From an uncultured bacterium (GTDB lineage Bacteria; Patescibacteriota; Minisyncoccia; Phycocordibacterales; PALSA-1337): 61,736 bases of DNA. Positions 56,294 to 61,736 of this stretch are shown here, in pieces. The notes below the pieces were generated by a model. The model made no database searches and was not told the origin of the DNA. It saw nothing but the letters and a program-made list of their open reading frames with translations. The translations under genes were made by a program, and so were the position numbers. Numbering within the stretch: the first letter of the stretch is position 1; each line of letters opens with the position of its first letter. The DNA is taken from the NCBI GenBank assembly GCA_903905325.1, contig CAIVGA010000055.1, positions 1 through 61,736 on the forward strand, written 5' to 3'.

Positions 56294-57607
56294 ATGAATA
56301 TCTTCTCAATTGACTATATAAAAGAAAAGTGGGCACATGCCGGATTTCAGAAGTATTTTCAAAATACCGGATGGATGTTCGCGTCCAAAATTCTTAGCAT
56401 GGGTGTATCCTTCCTAGCCACAATATATATAGCCAGAAATCTTGGGCCGACAAATTATGGACAATTGAGCTATGCTTTGAGCTTCGTAGGAATTTTTAGT
56501 TTTCTTGCCAGCCTTGGAATAGATAATATTCTTTATAGAGATCTTATAAGCTACCCAGAGAAAAGGAAAGAGCTATTGGGGTCAGCCTTCATAGTAAAAA
56601 TAATAGCTGGAATTTTTACGGCAATACTAATATCTGTAGTCGTGATTTCCTCGAGTGGTTCCAACGATATATCAAAAATATTGATAATCATTATTTCCGG
56701 AACCTTTATTTTCAATCCATTCCAAATAATTGGTCTGGAATTCCAAGCACGAGTCAAATCAAAATATCTTTCAATCACAGCTTTCATCGTAACTATAATA
56801 CTCAACGCTTTAAAAGTAATAGCCATTTTTTCTGGGAAAGGTGTGCTTTATTTGGCTATGATATTACTACTAGAACCAATCCTATATACAATATTTTATT
56901 GGTTTATTTATGAAAAACATACAGGCGAAAAAATAACAAGCTGGATATTTGATAAAAAGATTGCATTTGATTTGATGCGAGATTCGTGGCCGCTCATGTT
57001 CTCAAGTGTCTTTGCGGTAATATATTCAGAAATTGATCAAGTTTTGATAAAAAATATGATTAATACTTATTCAGTAGGTATATATGATTCCGCTGTCAGA
57101 GTAACAGAAGTTTTCTATTTTATACCGAACATAATTATTGCTTCTCTGTTCCCCGCAATAATAAACGCCAAAATTACATCGCGAGAACTCTACCAAAAAA
57201 GATTACAGAAAATATCACTTCTATTGGTCTGTCTAGCCGGACTAATTTCTATTTCGCTAACATTATTTGCACCATTTATAATTAAAATTCTTTACGGTGA
57301 CGCCTTCGTTGGTAGTGTGGTTATATTGAAAATATATACATGGTCACTCATTGGTACTTTCTTGGGAGCATTAATAGCCAACTATCTAATAGCAGAAAAT
57401 TATAGAAAAATATCCTTTTTTGTAAATCTAATACCAATGATAGTAAATGTTTTATTTGATATTATCTGGATTCCTAAATACGGTATTATTGGACCTGCTT
57501 ATGCCACTTTGATAGCATACTCACTTAGTCCTCTAATATTACTTTTTTTCACTAATACCAGAAAAGATTTGCTAAAAATGTTCCGCACCACAAAAAGCCA
57601 TACCTAA
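56294..57607 (+). CDS. wzx: Wzx-type polysaccharide flippase (MOP superfamily)
   Basis: 437 aa, about 12-14 TM. N-terminal ..FQNTGWMFASKILSMGVSFLATIYIARNLGP..YG typical of polysaccharide biosynthesis flippases. Confidence 0.8.
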   Translation: MNIFSIDYIKEKWAHAGFQKYFQNTGWMFASKILSMGVSFLATIYIARNLGPTNYGQLSYALSFVGIFSFLASLGIDNILYRDLISYPEKRKELLGSAFIVKIIAGIFTAILISVVVISSSGSNDISKILIIIISGTFIFNPFQIIGLEFQARVKSKYLSITAFIVTIILNALKVIAIFSGKGVLYLAMILLLEPILYTIFYWFIYEKHTGEKITSWIFDKKIAFDLMRDSWPLMFSSVFAVIYSEIDQVLIKNMINTYSVGIYDSAVRVTEVFYFIPNIIIASLFPAIINAKITSRELYQKRLQKISLLLVCLAGLISISLTLFAPFIIKILYGDAFVGSVVILKIYTWSLIGTFLGALIANYLIAENYRKISFFVNLIPMIVNVLFDIIWIPKYGIIGPAYATLIAYSLSPLILLFFTNTRKDLLKMFRTTKSHT

Positions 57608-57611
57608 AAAC

Positions 57612-58511
57612 ATGAACTTCATCTTCACTATAAAAACAAGCTTACGAAGAAATATTAATAGAATATTCAATTTCAATAGGCCGAGTAGTTACCCTTTTAT
57701 AACAGGAGATGGATTTCGTGGTCTTGCACAGCATTACTTTGATGACATCTCGGATATAAATCCAAATGATGTTCAAGAGAAAGACATAATCTTTGTCAGA
57801 AGTGATTTTCTAAAAACTTTTTTTGCAAACAAGCACTCTAAGATAAAAAACTCATACATATTGATATCTCACAACGATGATACTGATATTGACGAAAATT
57901 ATGCCAAATTTATAGATGAAAAAATAATTCATTGGTTTGCCCAAAATCTTTGCTTCAAACACGAGAAAGTTACACCATTACCGATCGGTATCCAAAATCT
58001 TCGATATAATGAAACCGGAAAACTAAAATATTTTACTCAAATAAATTTTAGGAAAGAAAAAGAGTTTCTTATTAGATATGGATTTTCTACGAGAAGTCAT
58101 TCTGAAAGAATTTTAGCCGAAGAAAATTTGAAAAAAAGCACTATAGCTAAAAAAATATCTAATCAGACTCAATCCACTTCAAATCAAGATAAATATATGG
58201 AAGTTGTTAAGAATAGCTATTTTTTGGCTTCCCCGAGGGGGCGTGGCACTGATTGTCATAGAACATGGGAAGCGATTTACCTTAAGACCATACCGATTGT
58301 TTCAAGATCCGTAGCCACAGAATATTTCGAGAACATTGGCCTACCAATACTACTTATAGACTCTTGGGATAAAATCGCCGACATGACGCCAGAATATTTG
58401 GAACAAGAGTACACCAAAATGCAAAATACTAATACGCATGAGCGGTCAGATATTACAGAGCAGGCTTACATGGAATATTGGCAAAAAGAAATACTAAAAT
58501 ATAAAAACTAA
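57612..58511 (+). CDS. Putative glycosyltransferase, exostosin (GT47)-like C-terminal motif
   Basis: SYFLASPRGRGTDCHRTWEAIYLKTIPIVS resembles the GT47 pattern FCL.P.G.......R..EAi..GCIPV. Weak, motif-level only. Confidence 0.4.
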   Translation: MNFIFTIKTSLRRNINRIFNFNRPSSYPFITGDGFRGLAQHYFDDISDINPNDVQEKDIIFVRSDFLKTFFANKHSKIKNSYILISHNDDTDIDENYAKFIDEKIIHWFAQNLCFKHEKVTPLPIGIQNLRYNETGKLKYFTQINFRKEKEFLIRYGFSTRSHSERILAEENLKKSTIAKKISNQTQSTSNQDKYMEVVKNSYFLASPRGRGTDCHRTWEAIYLKTIPIVSRSVATEYFENIGLPILLIDSWDKIADMTPEYLEQEYTKMQNTNTHERSDITEQAYMEYWQKEILKYKN

Positions 58512-58512
58512 A

Positions 58513-59154
58513 ATGAATAATGTAAACGCTAACAGTCAATATTACACATACACAAGACCTGAAATGGCAATTTTTGTACCTAAAGATGCCAAAAAAATGC
58601 TCGACGTTGGTTGTGGAGAAGGACTTTTTTCATCACAATTTAAAGGAAAAATCGAAACATGGGGTATCGAGGTAAATCAAGACATCGCTATGGCTGCCAA
58701 AAAAAATATCGACAAAGTTATAGTTGGTGACGTCTTGGAAAAAATGTCTGAATTACCAAACAAATATTTTGATTGCATAATATTCAATGACGTCTTAGAA
58801 CACATGGTAGATCCTTTTTCTGTCTTGAAACAAATCAAAAATAAAATTAAACCAACCGGTGTGATCATCGCTTCTATCCCCAACATTAGACATTTGAGTG
58901 TTCTCCGTAAATTACTCCTAAAAAGACAATGGAAATATGAAGACTACGGTATTATGGATAGGACGCATCTAAGGTTTTTCACATACAAAAGCATCATTAG
59001 CATGTTCAATGATGCCGGCTATGACATCGTGCAAATCAAAGGTATAAACGGTTCAACGTGGTGGAAATATGCATTCATCAACGTGCTATCATTCGGCTTC
59101 TTGTGGGATACTAGATATATACAGTTCGCCTGTGTAGCTAGACAAAAAATCTAA
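58513..59154 (+). CDS. Class I SAM-dependent methyltransferase
   Basis: Motif I MLDVGCGEGLF and FDCIIFNDVLEHMVDP. Confidence 0.82.
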   Translation: MNNVNANSQYYTYTRPEMAIFVPKDAKKMLDVGCGEGLFSSQFKGKIETWGIEVNQDIAMAAKKNIDKVIVGDVLEKMSELPNKYFDCIIFNDVLEHMVDPFSVLKQIKNKIKPTGVIIASIPNIRHLSVLRKLLLKRQWKYEDYGIMDRTHLRFFTYKSIISMFNDAGYDIVQIKGINGSTWWKYAFINVLSFGFLWDTRYIQFACVARQKI

Positions 59155-60062
59155 TGAAAACATACGATTGCTTCACATTTTTCAATGAACTAGACCTTCT
59201 CAAGATGAGACTTAATATCTTGAATGATTATGTAGATTTTTTTGTTTTGGTTGAATCCAACAAAACTCATAGTGGTAAAAGCAAGGATCTCGTTTTTGAA
59301 CGAAACAAAAACCAGTTTTCTGATTTTTCACACAAAATAATTCACATCATAGTCGATGACATGCCAGAACTTAAGGACACCAACCGTTGGGTCCTAGAGA
59401 ATTTTCAACGAAATGCAATAATGCGCGGACTTACAAAATGCGATGCAAGTGATCTCATATTAATCTCAGATTTGGACGAGATTCCAAACCCGGCTAAAAT
59501 TAAAGAGGTAAAAAAAATACTAATTAAAAAAAGTGCCCAAAATGGTCTTATTTATCAAACCTATCAACATTTCAAAAGGTTGGTATATAAACTTAGTCAA
59601 AATAGCACAATAAAAAAATATCTTGAATACTTTACACCAAAAAGCGCAAAGACCGTTTCCTTTAAGCAAAATTTGTATTACTACTATATTAACGGTTTTA
59701 TAAATACAGATTGGCTTGGTTCCAAGGCTGTTTTATACAAGGATCTAATCTCTTGTTTCCATTCTATTCCGCAAGAAATTAGAGAGGTTAGGCCAAAAAA
59801 TTCGATCCCGGCTGGAGGTTGGCATTTTTCATATCTTTTAACCCCAGAACAAATTTCAGAGAAAATCAAATCATTCGCACATTCAGAATTTGATAAAAAA
59901 GAATTTACAGGAATTGAAGCAATTAAAAACAATATCGCAAATGGCAAGGATTTGTTTGGGAGAAATGAGAACATTACTTACGTAAAAATTGACAGTTCAT
60001 ACCCAAAGTGGATACTTGATAATGTCGATAACTACCAAAGGTATATATCCAAAAATATATGA
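59154..60062 (+). CDS. Glycosyltransferase family 17-like (GnT-III-like beta-1,4-N-acetylglucosaminyltransferase homolog)
   Basis: MKTYDCFTFFNELDLLKMRLNILNDYVDFFVLVESNKTHSGK, ISDLDEIPNP and GGWHFSYL match the bacterial GT17 pattern as remembered. Confidence 0.7.
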   Translation: MKTYDCFTFFNELDLLKMRLNILNDYVDFFVLVESNKTHSGKSKDLVFERNKNQFSDFSHKIIHIIVDDMPELKDTNRWVLENFQRNAIMRGLTKCDASDLILISDLDEIPNPAKIKEVKKILIKKSAQNGLIYQTYQHFKRLVYKLSQNSTIKKYLEYFTPKSAKTVSFKQNLYYYYINGFINTDWLGSKAVLYKDLISCFHSIPQEIREVRPKNSIPAGGWHFSYLLTPEQISEKIKSFAHSEFDKKEFTGIEAIKNNIANGKDLFGRNENITYVKIDSSYPKWILDNVDNYQRYISKNI

Positions 60063-60844
60063 GTAAACGTATTTCTATTACTATCCCCTGCTACAATCAA
60101 ACCAAACTTTTGGAAAGAAATTTGATGTATTTACAAAGACAAACTCTCAAGGATTTTGAGATTATTATCCTCGATGATGCAAGCTCCGAAAATTATCCTG
60201 CGATAATTTCGAAGTTTCCGAATCTAGATATTACTTACATACGAAACCAGAAAAACTTAGGCGCTATGGGAAACATATTTAATAGTATTTTTTATAAAAC
60301 AGACACACCTTATAAAATCTCGCTTCACGAGGACGATGCTCTGCATCCAGAGTATTTATATAAAGCAGTTGAAATTTTAGAAAAAAATTTAAATGTCACT
60401 TTTGTTTGTGCACTCGCAAGATGGTTTAAAGATGACGCAGGTTTAGATAAAATCTATTCAAATACTAAAGAAATTAATACTCATATCATTTTAGACAAAA
60501 AAGGATTTATAAAAAAAATAATCGAAGGAAAGCACATAATGTTAAGCTCGGCTGTTTATAGAAACGAGATATTTAAAGACATTCCAGATATGAGCAAGTA
60601 CATGGAAATATATGACGTCTACTGCGACCGACCGCTTTTGACAAATCTTATAGGCGATCAATCTGTGGCTCTTATAGAAGACCGAGCAATGTTTACCAGA
60701 GATCATGGTAAAAACGATGGCCGTTTCAAAAATATTACCGAGGATGATGCTTTTAACTTGATGGATTTTTATGAAAAAACTTGCTCCCACCAGATGGTAA
60801 TAATGCTAACGGTAAAGACAGCAAAGATGCAACGAAATTCCTAA
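60059..60844 (+). CDS. GT2-family glycosyltransferase, possibly truncated by a frameshift
   Basis: ISITIPCYNQTKLLERNL..QT.KDFEIIILDDASSE and a DxD-like HEDDA. The C-terminal ~25 aa look non-native. Confidence 0.75.
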   Translation: MSKRISITIPCYNQTKLLERNLMYLQRQTLKDFEIIILDDASSENYPAIISKFPNLDITYIRNQKNLGAMGNIFNSIFYKTDTPYKISLHEDDALHPEYLYKAVEILEKNLNVTFVCALARWFKDDAGLDKIYSNTKEINTHIILDKKGFIKKIIEGKHIMLSSAVYRNEIFKDIPDMSKYMEIYDVYCDRPLLTNLIGDQSVALIEDRAMFTRDHGKNDGRFKNITEDDAFNLMDFYEKTCSHQMVIMLTVKTAKMQRNS

Positions 60845-61014
60845 AATATTCTACAAACTTCCTTCTATATACTTACCCAACAATAAGGCACAAAGCAATG
60901 GGTTTTGGCGAATATATAAGGCTGGCAAAAAAATCTGGTAAATTTCGCGTCAGTTGTATAAATAAAATTGGCATAGTAGGCCTCCTCAAAATACTTTTAA
61001 ACAAAAAACTCTAA
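60781..61014 (+). CDS. Short ORF that may be the displaced C-terminus of the GT2 gene (frame -1 relative to it)
   Basis: The frame opens right after an A6 run (60774-60779). Joining the two frames would give a typical ~318-aa GT2 length. Confidence 0.3.
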   Translation: MLPPDGNNANGKDSKDATKFLKYSTNFLLYTYPTIRHKAMGFGEYIRLAKKSGKFRVSCINKIGIVGLLKILLNKKL

Positions 61015-61020
61015 TACCCC

Positions 61021-61736
61021 ATGGCCACTTCATATAAAAAAATTAGAATAGCTTTCATAAAATTTGGAGGGCTCGCCGTCGGAGGAAGTGAAATGTGGTT
61101 ACAAAAAATGGCGGCCAATCTACCTCGAGACCTTTTTGATGTAGATTATTTTTATTCCGATATTGCACCACTTTTTGGAACTGACTACAAACATACCGAT
61201 ACCGACATTCACAGATTGAAATACATGGAAGATCACAAAGTTAATCTGATCAAATTTCATATCACAGCAGTAGATTACAGGTTTCATTATCATCCATGGA
61301 TAGGAACTGACTTCTGGCAAATCTTTAACCCAAAGAAATACGACATAATACAAACTATAAAAGCCGGACCGAAGGAATATCCGTTTTATTTAATTAATCT
61401 TCCTATAGTAGAAATAGTGGCACTCGCAAACAGACCAGACAAAAGTAATAATATTGCATGGAGTTTTCACTCATCTCCATGGCAAAGAAATGTTTGGCTT
61501 AAAAAAGGTGGTAGTGAAAAAAGAAGCTCGGTGTTACCTGCCCCGCTTGATAGGCAATTAACTACAGAAAATTATCGAGGCGAGCTGGTTATACCCCAAA
61601 ATGCGATTGTGGCAGGTTTTCACCAACGGGCTGATAATAATATTTGGAGTCCAATTCCACTCAACGCTTTCAGCCAACTTCAAAAATCCCAAAAAAACTT
61701 TGACTGGCATTTCTTCATAAAAGGAGGTGGTGATAA
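61021..61736 (+). CDS. Putative glycosyltransferase (GT-B/GT4-like N-terminus), 3'-truncated by window end; absent from the ORF track
   Basis: ATG at 61021 and open to the last base. MATSYKKIRIAFIKFGGLAVGGSEMWLQKMAANL.. resembles a GT-B N-terminal Gly-rich loop. Confidence 0.5.
   Translation, partial: MATSYKKIRIAFIKFGGLAVGGSEMWLQKMAANLPRDLFDVDYFYSDIAPLFGTDYKHTDTDIHRLKYMEDHKVNLIKFHITAVDYRFHYHPWIGTDFWQIFNPKKYDIIQTIKAGPKEYPFYLINLPIVEIVALANRPDKSNNIAWSFHSSPWQRNVWLKKGGSEKRSSVLPAPLDRQLTTENYRGELVIPQNAIVAGFHQRADNNIWSPIPLNAFSQLQKSQKNFDWHFFIKGGGD

Overview
The window looks like one end of a metagenome-assembled contig from a small, AT-leaning bacterial genome. Gene content suggests a Patescibacteria/CPR-like organism, but that is inference. 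GC is roughly 40% by eye and was not computed.

Description:
- Positions 1-53 are an Illumina adapter remnant, not biology.
- The rest is densely packed housekeeping genes: prfA, rpmE, eno, gpmI, lepA, murJ, nrdJ, secG, rnj, rplY, fba, tgt, gatB, obg, secA, murB.
- RNA genes: five tRNAs (Thr-UGU, Phe-GAA, Arg-CCU, Gly-CCC, Ser-GGA) and an RNase P RNA with clear promoter and terminator.
- Other modules: an OmpR-type two-component pair, a HigB/HigA-like toxin-antitoxin pair next to tRNA-Gly, a LemA-HtpX membrane operon, and an AT-rich surface-glycan locus at the 3' end (O-antigen-ligase/TPR, Wzx, GT47-like, methyltransferase, GT17, GT2, GT-B).
- No CRISPR array, transposase, integrase or rRNA was seen.
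- The standard genetic code fits, since all conserved genes are intact with TAA/TAG/TGA stops.

Most interesting unexplained signals:
1. A 96-bp inverted-repeat element occurs in two copies, at 33269-33364 and 41822-41917. Both have an identical 62-nt spacer length and a conserved promoter-like core. Each sits in a divergent intergenic region and points at the downstream gene.
2. Truncated copies of the tRNA 5' end lie about 40 nt upstream of both tRNA-Thr and tRNA-Gly.
3. A roughly 280-nt gene-free structured region upstream of eno could not be assigned to any RNA class.
4. Most genes look leaderless, with a -10 box 6-8 nt before the start codon. Four isolated, apparently higher-GC orphan genes carry canonical Shine-Dalgarno sites instead.
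5. Unusual domain fusions and operons: DedA+PAP2, thioredoxin-fold+LmbE, and SWIB-PLD.

All calls come from reading the sequence and the supplied translations. No database search, covariance model or folding program was run.
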